NCBI GenBank assembly: GCA_024704765.1
Contig: JAKMXF010000188.1
Location: 367,015 to 431,014 of the forward strand
Length of the DNA stretch: 64,000 nucleotides
Source: Oopsacas minuta
Taxonomy: Eukaryota > Animalia > Porifera
Direction of reading: 5' to 3'
Shown: positions 13,101 to 24,400 of the stretch, piece by piece
How positions within the stretch are numbered: the first letter of the stretch is position 1
How the letters are laid out: every line of letters begins with the position of its first letter
Translations under genes and position numbers: made by a program
Notes under the pieces: model-generated
Told to the model about the DNA's origin: nothing
Databases searched by the model: none
The model's input: the letters and a program-made list of their open reading frames with translations, nothing else

Positions 13101-15109
13101 TGAGATACAGGCTGGTAATGACATTTTCTGTTTAGAGAACTATCTTAGGAAGCTACAGACTAAACTAGAAGAGTGTCAGTATGAGGTTATGACTCTATAC
13201 AGTCAGCTGATTGATGAGGACAAGACTGATTTAATATTCGAGAAGATGTGTAGGAGTGGAGATGTTCAGCGTGTTAAAGATATAGTCGACGAGTAAGTTA
13301 TAATTGCTCGCATGTCAGAAATTTCGCGTCTCTAAATTGGGAAAACCTTAACCACATGTAGAAGTAGACCAGTGATGCTTTGCTAAAAAACGAAGTGGGT
13401 GAGCTCCCCATTGAAGTTAGCAATTTCTTAGAAAAACTTGGTGAAAACAGCCCCCAGGATAGAAGTTGGGGGCGTACCCGCCCTTCCCATACTGAGTAGA
13501 ACTGTTTTTGAATTGAAATTTATATTATTTGCTTTGGGGATTTACTTTTAGGAAAGAAATAAGTACCGAGCAGGAAATTCTGAATAATGGGTTAGTAGGA
13601 TTTGTTATGATATGGTGCTAGTTCATAGCTTCCTACTCATGTACCATTTGTACTTTATTGTATACCTGTGAAGTTAGTCTATTAGCAATTCGTAATTTGC
13701 ACTAATTTCCCTTAATATAAATTGTTTACTAATTGAGGATTCATTTTAATCCAAATTCCACTCCATGTCCCTGAATACACCTAACTTTTAGGCGAATACT
13801 TTTCTCATAGGCGAACACTACTGTACTATCCATTTACATTATATTTATTCTACAGATTCTTTACTGAGGTTTCTTACGAATCTATCTATCCTACACCTGT
13901 GATTGAGCCTATGTATCCTGAGGAACCGATGGATACAGTTGAGGAGATGGAGCAGAGACGATTGGAGCTTAACCGAGAGTTAGAACAGCTACAACAAGAA
14001 CTCGACCAAGCAGTTTCAGAGAAACAAATAATTTTCAACAAATATGTTGAAGTTTCGAATCGTCATATTTACGTAGAAGAGAGAATAAATGAACTTCTAG
14101 AAAGTGGAAATATTGATTCAGACGAGGGGAACGACTTGAGGAACGAGTTGCAAGAATTGCAAGCTGATCAAAATAATCTGAAATCTGAGCTTGCCATCAT
14201 TAAAGCACTAATTAGGGAGATTGAAGAGGAGATGAATGCTCTACTGTCTGAAGAAATACAATTGGAAATACTACGTAAGTCACAAACACTATAATTTATT
14301 CCGAAATCAGGCTACATTAGGCCCCATTTTATAGACTCACATCGCCCTCGTACAGTTGACTTTATTAAGTGGAGTCTACTGATACAGGATTAGATTTATA
14401 AACAAAAGCACAATTACGTATATCTCTCTTGCCTGCCTTGTTTATATTCACAGCTTGCCTAATTATTGTAGGCTACTATTACGTATATATTATAATTTGA
14501 AACAATCTTAACGGTCTAAACGTCCTGTCGTTATATCAGAAAAATACTCATACTAGCGATAATTATTAAATCTGTATGTTTTGCAAATTCTAAATTGATT
14601 CTTGTTTAGTTGGTGTGATGCCTGATCAGCCTGAAGAGCCTACAACAGAGTCTCCCATTGATGAATTCATAGACAATTTAGGTCCTGGCCCTGTCCAGTT
14701 TCAAGATGTAACCACTGAGAGTTCAGAAGTAGAGGAAGTATTTACAAATATTCCAACTGAAGAGGTAATCTACATAATTGATGATTATGATTTCCCTACT
14801 GAGACACCACACTTCGTCATAAATGATGATAGATTGTTTGAGTCAGAGGAAGAGGAAGGAGAACATCATGGAAAACTGTCAAAATACCTGATTGGGGTAT
14901 CGATAGGCGTGCTCGCATTACTCGGGGTTCTAATGATGTCCTTGTGTATTCCCCTAGCTGTAGTCATGAACAGAAACAAAGGCAAGAAGGTGCCATACGA
15001 CAAAGCTTCTCTGGCAGAGAAAGATCCTGCCATACTCCTTAAACAGACAGGGTTTGAAAATCCTATCTACAAGTTCTATGTCGAGAACTCTAAGGGGACA
15101 ATAAACTAG
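7176..15109 (+). CDS. Amyloid precursor protein (APP)-family-like type I membrane protein; exons 7176-7193, 7275-7302, 7548-7665, 7803-8234, 10905-11176, 12938-13292, 13856-14274, 14610-15109
   Basis: All introns are GT-AG and phase-compatible. The product has a signal peptide MKISFQIILLLGISLGSLANA, a short Cys-rich segment, acidic repeats and a (DS)n tract, and an E2-like helical region (YQNAKQK..., AAEAYERVL..., CLENYLRKLQ). These are followed by a coiled coil, a TM LIGVSIGVLALLG... with GxxxG, the basic NRNKGKK, and the tail KQTGFENPIYKFY, matching APP QNGYENPTYKFF. Confidence 0.75.
7852..8031 (+). repeat. Coding minisatellite, 48-bp unit x about 3.75 (DYQDIMPTEGSTNLGS)
   Basis: Units start at 7852, 7900, 7948 and 7996 (partial), inside exon 4 of the APP-like gene. 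Confidence 0.95.
9413..9784. mobile_element. Tc1/pogo-type MITE (372 bp)
   Basis: Imperfect TIR CAGTAGAACATCTATAA / TTATAGAGATTGCACTG with TA on both sides; non-coding. Confidence 0.65.
11217..12526 (-). mobile_element. Full-length mariner (DD34D) with twice-frameshifted transposase, in an intron of the APP-like gene
   Basis: TIR CGAAGGGCACTCGAAAAGTTTT / AAAACTTTTCGAGTGCCCCTCG with TA TSD. ORF pieces 11902-12369 (HTH, WIPH), 11406-11921 (TGDETW, HHDNA, YSPDLAPCD) and 11281-11478. Confidence 0.95.
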
Positions 15110-16599
15110 AAAATACACTCTTTTAACTCTAAATATAAATTGTTAAAAATATTAATGTTATCTTTTGATAGAGAAGTAGTCTCCTCATTCTTGGCAAGTG
15201 ATCATATTGCAATGTTTCCCATTTTACCCTATCAATGTAATTATTTTAATGTGTATTGTATCTCTTGTGGAACTCATTTGGTCTTTGATATTTTTGAGGG
15301 AATTCATTATAATCAATCAATCATATGTCATGTGTATTACATTACTAGGTTTCTTTAACTAGATTATAATATTACTATATTAATTTGTCATCAATATGCT
15401 ATAATTAGGAATTAGATAATGGAAATATCATGCAGGTTAATGCAAGTACGAGGCCTTAACTGTACGTGTTTACTTTTGTTGGATCATGTTGCTTGGATGT
15501 TATTACAAATACTACAGGGATATATCCAGGTGGTAGATGCCATACATTCATCTTTTTATATTATCTCAATTTCACTTTTGTTTTACGTCCAGAGTCGATT
15601 GAGGGACTAGTAAGAGCTACAAACTTGAAATTTGGCATGTGGATGTAAATTTGTTGAACCAGAGTTGTAATCTGGTCAACTTTTCAAATCCGACCAGACC
15701 CTAACTCAAGTGTATATAATAACTCAAAATCCTCTAGGCCAGTAGTTCTTGCATTTCGTGACTCAATTATTCAATTTTCAATCCCTTGCGACTCCACCAA
15801 CGGTATCTTTCTGGATTTGAATCTGTTCCTATACATGCGCCTCACGCAACCAACCAACCAACCAAGCGCATTAGTAACATTAATATATCCATTAAAAGGA
15901 TTTTAAGTTACCAGAATTTAGGTCCAATTAAGGATTCGGATAAAATTTAATGTCATTAATGTTACTAACATTAATTAAGACCTCAAGAAAATTTCAGCCC
16001 CTCTGTTAAACCTCAGCTCCACTACATATGACCATATATGGCACTAGGACTTTAGAATTCTGTTTTAGATATATTCCTTTTGCATTTTACATAATTAATT
16101 CCGACAATTATAATGATATGACTGTAATTCACAATTCCAAAAGTTCGAAATGATCAAGATACAACATCGAACCCGGACACGACCCGAAAAAGCCGAACCC
16201 GATTCCAACTCTGCGTTGAACGTAGAACAAGCTTTAAAATTTGACTCCATCGTAATTCATAAGTATAGGGCGGGTGGCATGACGTCATCTTTGCCCACCC
16301 TGACTCATGAGCCTAGTTGCGACAATGAGCCGCGATATACATACAACCTATCACAGATTTATCTATATGCGGCTGTTTGTAACTTTGTATGTATTAAGTT
16401 TTATTGTAAATTAATTGTTTGGATTTAATTAGCATTTTGTACTTTTCCATTTTTATTTGCTCTCAAATCATAATCACGCATCTTATTATATGGAAAGACA
16501 GGTAAGGACGTCTCACCTTTTCTGTATTTACGATTTATCTAATTTCCATACGGTATACTTATCTTTACCATGGATTCTCTAATTAGCCCATAAATACCC

Positions 16600-17620
16600 T
16601 TACAATTTACAGTACTCTATCAGTTCTGCATTACAAAAGCCAATCCCTAGCTGCCATCATGCATCATCTGGGCAGTTTATCTCTTAATCGAGATTGAGAA
16701 CAGCTAGGGAGTATTAAGCTTAACGGTCATACTATCATATCTCCCACTCGCACCTTCCCTCCTCAAGTGAAGCCTGTTGTACCTGACTACAAGGCTAAAC
16801 AGCTGCCTACTGCTGTAAGAAATCTCAGATCAGAAACCTCCAACAGAACTGAACCGTACCAGTAGTATAGCAGTACATTACCAAACTGGAAACATTTACA
16901 TAGCAGATGAATACAACCATCGTGTACAAGTATTTAGCTGTAACGGAGACTATCTCTTCATGTTCAGTGAGAAGATGAGCCATCCAAGAACTATTTGTAT
17001 ATCTCACGATAAAGTGTTTGTTACACAATGTCGTGGTCATTGCATTAATAAGTACGAGCTAGGAGGGAACTAATCAATAGTGTTGGTAGTGAAAGAAATG
17101 GAGGAGCTACTATCCAAGTGGTCTAGTAATAGGTATATAAATATAACTATGTCTCAGATAGAAATAACAATTTATACTTAAGTTATACTGATAGAATAGA
17201 GTTCGAATCCTAACTCAAGAACAAATGTTCCATTCCATGCTATCAATAGACTTGTTTAACCATCCATTTGATGTTAAGGTTACAAGAGACAGAGTATTGG
17301 TGCTAGATAAGAGTAATCCGTGCATATTTGTGTTCAATACAAATCACGTTCTAACCAACAGCCTGATAACTAGAGGTGATGGTAAACAAACTAACTATCC
17401 TCTACGTTTCGACATAGACAGAGACTATAAAATTATTATGTGTGACTGCAGTAATCACTCTGTGTGCGTATTCAATCAGGAGGGAAAACAGATACACAAG
17501 ATTGGGAAGAAAGGTCAGAGTATCGGGGAGTTCTATCGCGCTATATGGAATAGTGCTAGACAACATAGGACACATTATAGTTGTGTGTGAGAAGAATACT
17601 AATAGTCTACAATTCTTCTG
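16600..17620 (+). pseudogene. NHL-repeat (TRIM71/RING-NHL-like) protein pseudogene
   Basis: PDYKAKQLP, IYIADEYNHRVQVF, FSEKMSHP, and ORF 17225-17590 (HPFDVKVTRDRVLVLD...IIMCDCSNHSVCVFNQEG...IG). Several frameshifts and stops; boundaries approximate. Confidence 0.75.
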
Positions 17621-18499
17621 ACTGACTTTAGTATTTAAAATTTACCAGTTGTGCTGATTAGTAGAGTGTAGATAGCTACGTTGTTATTTTCTTACTTTCT
17701 TTCGTTTTACATCTCCAATTAGTGATTAATTATTTATTGTTCGTGAATATTTTTGTAATTATTGTAGGACATTCGTTACGATAGTTGTAAGAATAAATAT
17801 ATTGTATCGTAGTATTATACTCAAGGGAGGATAACTCTATTCTAATAAATATATTACTGTTAATCATTAGTGTAAACCTGAGAACAAGGAGCGGGAGCTT
17901 CCGCTTTCCTCTACAGCTATACTTACGATGGGAGCCAGTCAACTCGTACCTATTTTACACCCACTCGATGTTGTCTTAGAGTATTTCTTGTTGCTTGTGG
18001 ACCCAGAGTTTTACTTGTACTATTCATACACGTGCCTCCAGCTGTTGATCAGAGGATTTGGCTCCCCCTCGATATTGAGTTGGCTAGAGACGAGTTCATG
18101 TATGACACGAGTTGACTGCCTATCCTTACGATCACTGTTGTATACATTCACAGGATATTCATTGCCACATCCCCTGATTTCCTTGATTCCCTTATTACAC
18201 ACGAAAATATGCAGATATAGCTATACACGAGACATTTTCGCTGGATTCTTAGTGACATCCCTTGAGGGTTGCAAATATTCACTGTATTTTTGCGGCATTT
18301 TAGGCTTGTTTCGTATTTTAGTCTTTGCACGGATATCCCACCGCTGTTCCGTGTTTTCGTAACAACCGCAGCACAATATACTAATTTGTTCTCGTGTGTA
18401 ACAATTAATGGTGAAATCTATTCACATATATTATTCCTAAATTAGCATTATTGTTTATTCCAATATAATTTGGATATATTTAACCGTTCATTAATCACT

Positions 18500-21400
18500 A
18501 TGAGCTCTCGAGAAACCGGAAGTGGTTTCAACTGGAAACAAATCCTGATTGTGACAGCTCCCATTGCTCTCAGTCTTGCGGCAGTTGTCACTATTTATAT
18601 ATACTATTCACGAAAAAAACGGAAGGAAGGTAATCAGGATATCCACACCTCTGAGGATTTGAAGAAGGATAAGAAGACAACATCAGTTAGACCCCTCACC
18701 CCGGAGCAGAGCCAAGCTAACGAAGAGGTATGTATATTGTATTGTACAAGTATTAGATACAATGGATACAGTTTATATAAGGGTTGTTCAATTAACAATG
18801 AGACTTTTTTTTCATAATTAATATAGTAAACCTATACTTATCATAATTGATTATCAAATGTTTCGATAAATTCCCCCTTTAACTTTATACATCGTTTTCA
18901 TCGTTCTGGTAACTTTTCCAGCCCAGTGGTATAGAATTCTTTAGGAGTCCCTTTTTCCCACTGTTTTATTTCGTACTCCAGCCGTTTGAAATCCTCAAAT
19001 CTCTTCCCTCGAAAGGGTCTCTTCATCTCTCCAAACTGCCAGTAGTCGCTGGGAGCCAGGTCTGGGCTATACGGGGGATGAGGGAGGCATTCGAATCCTA
19101 AGTCGTCAATTGCAGCCATTGTCTTGGAGCTTACATGGGGGCCTTGCGTTGTCATGTTGCAGTAATGCGCCACGTGTCAACTTGCCTCGCCTTTCACGTT
19201 TAATCGCTTGACGCAATTCTTTCAACTCGTCAACGTAATAATCACTGTTTATGGTTGTCTTCTCAGGCAACCAGTCGAGGTGTATAATTCCTTCCCTATC
19301 CCAAAATACTGTTACCATTCTCTTCCCTGCTGATTTTGCGGCCTTTACCTTGATGGGTACAGGTTCATCACGTCTTTTCCACTGCTTCGATTGAGTTTTG
19401 CTCTCTGGTTCATAATAATGAAACCAAGTTTCATCCCCCGTTACTATACGATCCAAAAATTCTTCCTCTGCCTTGTATCTTGAAAGTAATTATTTGCTAA
19501 CTCTGAACCTTTCGCGTTTTTGTTCTTTTGAAAGAAGTTTTGGGACCCAACGCGCAATTACCTTCGACATTTCCAGATCTTCAGTGATAATCGAGTGTAG
19601 TGTGGCTTTTGATATACCTACCCTCTCTTCTAACTCTCGCAGGGCTATTCGTCTGTCCTCGTCCAAAATTGTTTGGACCCTCTCGATATTACTGCAGGTT
19701 TTTGAGGAAGTCGGACGACCTGGACGAGGGTCATCGTGGAGTTCCTCATCGTCATTATCAAAACGTTCGATCCATCTATATATGGTAGCTTTCGAAGGAC
19801 ATTCATTACCGAAAATATCCTGCATTTCACGAAGAATGTATGAGCCAGTCTTCCCCTTTTTCCACTTGTACCAAATTATTTGTCGTTTTCCTTCTTTGCT
19901 AAAATCCATTAGTTGAAAAAGGTCGAGTAAAGAGTATATTGCATAGAAGTTAGACAATCAAGTTAGGCTTGTAATCTGATATTAGGCTTAGAGCTGTATT
20001 TACTAGACTATGAATTCGATACATTAGTCTCATTACTTATTGAACAACCCTTGTAAGAACTTCAGGGTCATGAGGAGAAGCACAAGAGATCCTTGCTGTA
20101 TTGAACATACATATTATACTCATGTCTAAGTCAAGCTCGAAATAGGACAATTTTACATCAATGGACGTAAATACCTGTAAAATGATCAAGTATTATATAA
20201 ATTGCTCAAATTATGCTCATCGTTCTTATTCATGCGCCGTTTTTTAGTGCAGTTCCTATAGGGAGATGCCCTAATGGCATGGACGATGTGCGACGTCTAT
20301 ATGTCCTCACAGCCGTGCGAAATCTAGCCGATTCACATGAAAATTGGTATACATATACATTTGGAACGGTTATAAAAAGAACAAATCAAATAGCCCCGAG
20401 CTACACTACCAGTCTGTGGGCTGGACATTTTTAATAACACAAACAATAGTTAAACAGGGGGGACCAATTTCTGCAAAACAATGTGACTGTGATATACTTC
20501 TGTTGCTCTGCAATGAATTTACCTTGGAAGGCTCTAATCATTTAGCCTGCTTGCTATATTAAGCGCCGTCTTAAACCAATCATATTTATTCAATAATTTG
20601 ATTCAGAATAATGGCGTCCTGGACCTGAAACAGGTGGTTAAATTGCAGTTAACACAGCACTTCATAGATTCCACAAATAATTGACAAAAATGTTCCCCCT
20701 ACAAATCTGGCCCTCCATTAGTGATTACTTAATACACTTTAGACATAATAGTAGGCCATTCATACTTTTTGCTAATCCGAACAGTCCTGTGCCAATGAAA
20801 ACACTAACTGTTCGGATTAGTGAAATAGCACTAATCCAATGGAGAATTATCACCTCGCTAATCCGAACTATAAAACATGGAAGTCTGTTCTAGATATTGC
20901 AGGCTCCTCTTGGGTTGGCCAACTTGGCCTACTATTTAGTTAAAGCCTATTAAGTAATCACTAATGGGGGACCAATTTCTGCAAAAACATCGTGCCTAAC
21001 ATATGCTGAATGGTGCTATTCACGAATCTATTAATGTATCCTAATAACCAACATTGCTGCTATACAGACTGCAGCCATGTGGTAATGGAATCTAGGAGAT
21101 AGACAGAGTAGTCGAATAAATGTGTATTTGATCTTTCAGTGGACCTTTCTATAACAACAATTATACCAGTCAAGTGGACGATGCAGTATTTACAAATGTT
21201 GGTTACAATAACTTGAGTATTGTAATTATTGCAATACTAAGGTTTAAGAAAAGATATACACATACTGTTATTAATCGAATTAGTGTTGATAATAGTATGG
21301 CATCTAAAGATAATCTCCCTGACAAATCAAACGATCTGTTGTATATCAAGAAAGTTAAGGAAAAGAAAGGTATGTATTGTGGGTATAGAAGGGACTATTT

Positions 21401-24400
21401 AGCTCAGAACCTGTCAGAAATGGAAGAAGGACTTATCATTTGTAAGAATTGTACAGGAATAATGCGAGAAGCTTCTTTCTGTAGAGGAGATACTACTTGT
21501 TTGGTTTGTAGTGAAACTCCAAGACAACTCAATCCAGTAAAAACTGTGCAAAGTTCTATAGAAAATTTACAAATAAAATGTCCTCTCCTCAGAGATTGTT
21601 GTTGGAAGGGAAAATTGTCAGAAGCTGAGAAACATTTGGTAGAGTGTAAGGTATTCCTTATACAATGTAATAACTGCAAACAGATATTTCTGAGAGGAGA
21701 GAGTAAAGAGCATTGTAAAGATTTATGTCCAATGCGGATAATCAGTTGTCGTTATTGTAACAAAAAGGAAAAAGCAATAGACCAGGAAAAACATTTTGAT
21801 GTTTGCTCGAAATATCCGATTTCTTGTCCAAATAAATGTGGAGATAAGTTTCCGAGAGGTGTATTGTCTGAACACAGAGCGAAGTGTGAGTTAAAAGAGA
21901 TTAGCTGTCCCTTTTCAGAGTATGGATGTCAAGCAAAGTCTATGTTAAGAAGAGATCTCATAGCTCACAAGAAGGAGTATATCTTAGAACATACAGACAT
22001 GAGCTTAATTGAAATCAAACAACTTAATGAAGGAATACAGCAACTGAGAGAGGAAAATAATTCTTTAAAGAAGAAACAAACTGAAATCCAATGGGAAGCA
22101 AAGACAATGAAGCAACTTGATGGAGTTGAGTGGGAAATAAAGAATATAGATAAACTACCTGCTGAATCACAGATACAAGAAGGACCAGAGTTCTCTCTTA
22201 ACAACTACAAACTGAGAATATATTGTACTACTACTATAGTTAGGAGATACGGTGGGGAAAGATTAAAATTCTATCTCCAGAGGATTACTGGAGAATTTGA
22301 CAACATTTTAGGAGCAGCTATTATCACTAATTACAAAGTAATTATAGTTAACAAACAAGATTACACAAAATCTCATTATGAAGAAGGAAGACTGAATTAT
22401 CAGCTGAAGATAGGTGTAAACAGTAATGACATCTATCTTGAATCAACTTGGACAAGTTGCTTAACAGCTAACAAATCTTTGTTTATACGATTCTACTTTG
22501 ATGTTAACAATAGTGTAGATTTGAAAAGTATTAAGGCTTCCCTTGAAAATTATAGGGATCCCTTTCAGGTTCGTCCAATAATGCGGGGGTCCTTTTAACG
22601 GCTAAATACATGTTTAGTTCTGTTTAGACTGAATTTATTTGTAATTTTGTTTTTATTTCTACTAACTACATTTCTTAATTACTCAATACTTACAGTTCAG
22701 AACATTTTATATCTCTGTCTGTGTTATGCTATTAAATATATGTACATTTTATAAATTTACACTGATATACTCTACTATAGGAGGAAGCAGCTATGAAATG
22801 GCTGATGGAGAAGAAAGCAGAAGCTAACAGCTGTTTCACTAAGAAGGAGTACGATAGGGCAGCAGAGATATACACTGAGCTGATTAAAGATTGTCCTCCT
22901 CTACCAGGTCTCAGGATAGACCTGTCTAAGATATATCATAACAGAGCTGCTTCCTATGAAAAGATGGTCAGTTATTATATTACTATTAAATTGTTCGTGT
23001 ATTTCTTTCTATTAATGCTAATTTTATTTCTAGTACCATGGATAAGTTTAATAAATTTTCTTTGTTTCTTGAGTCACGGTTAATCGGGTCAGCTGGCCAG
23101 AAACAGACCCATACTAATAGTTGTTAAATTGCCCCGGTCGGGCCAACGCCTTTAATCCGCATAATAGGGTCAAAATGTCTGGTCCCGATGTACTATATTA
23201 AGTGTAGTCTACTTTACTTATTCTAAGCTTAGCACAATTGAGTGATCAACATGTTTTAACGAGATAGATAATATATTATGAGTTTATTTATACAGCGATG
23301 ATTGGTAATACCGATCATCGCTAGGAGTGTATAATCCTGCCGATCATCCCAATCATGTGATAATATGTATTATAAATAATACTGAATATTAACATTGGTA
23401 GAAGCCATACTACCTTACAGCAACATGACTAGTTTCTCATATGAAAATTGTTTGAATTTACAACTTGCAATTGGCTTATTGTCTGAATATAAAATTGTAT
23501 GTATCTTTTTATTAATATAAGTAGTATGTATTATGATAAAGGAGAATAACAAGGCCTTTCAATTTTCTCTATCTATTCTCTTAAAAATTTGATAAATTTC
23601 AAGGATACACCTAAAGTTTGAATATGAATTATATGATAGCTATAATCTCTCCTCAGAATATCAATTCCAACCAGAATCACCTGGTTATTCAAATTCCCCG
23701 AATTCGATAATGAACAGGTATACCCACAAGTGGACTCTGACTTAAATTTGTGTAGATTGCCACCGATAAATGTTCATCAATATTCAAGTGTAAGTTTACA
23801 TCTAATTTCACCGTCTAATTCTGATCCAATTCAAAGAGAAGAAGATTTCATACTTGAAACGAGCGAAACAATATCATATCCTGATCCATCGATGGAAATA
23901 TTCATCCAGATAAGCTCAGGGCTGTAGAAGATGTTATACGGGTTAGAACAATCGATTTACCGAAGGATTTGTATAGGTAGGCAGATTGGATCATGGGACC
24001 CATGTTACGTTGACCCTTTGAATAACCTGTCCATAAAATGCTAGGACCAAGACTACTATAATAAAGGATTGTAGGCTGCCACTTGGGTCCATATGTTTTC
24101 TTGATATCTCCTAATCCACTAAACTGAGAAAGCTGTAACCATTGTGACTTAATCATGAAGATAACCATAAATGGTCATTTTTAAGGTTACGCAATAAGCT
24201 CAAGAGAAATCATATCAAAATGTATTACAATGGCATAGTAAGTGGGTCTATACTATGAATAGGATATTCTGATTTCACAATTTCTTCCCGATTTTCCAAT
24301 TATAATTGGATATTCATAAAAATGTGTCATCCATGGTCCCTACTTTAACTCGGGAATGAACCAACTTTATCACGACAATTTATATATTTTGTATAAAAAT

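Noticed and set aside
17730-18370. Coding-like minus-strand stretch head-to-head with TOMM70
   Set aside because: It is broken by many stops and frameshifts and I could not assign a family; possibly a decayed gene.
18728-18817. 3' extension of ORF 18470-18817
   Set aside because: It reads through the GTATGT donor at 18728 into the intron and mariner TIR; the real exon is 18500-18727.
18500-22598. Functional link between TOM70 and the nested TRAF (mammalian TOM70 takes part in MAVS signalling)
   Set aside because: Nothing in the sequence supports co-function, and nesting is adequately explained by insertion of an expanded intronless family.
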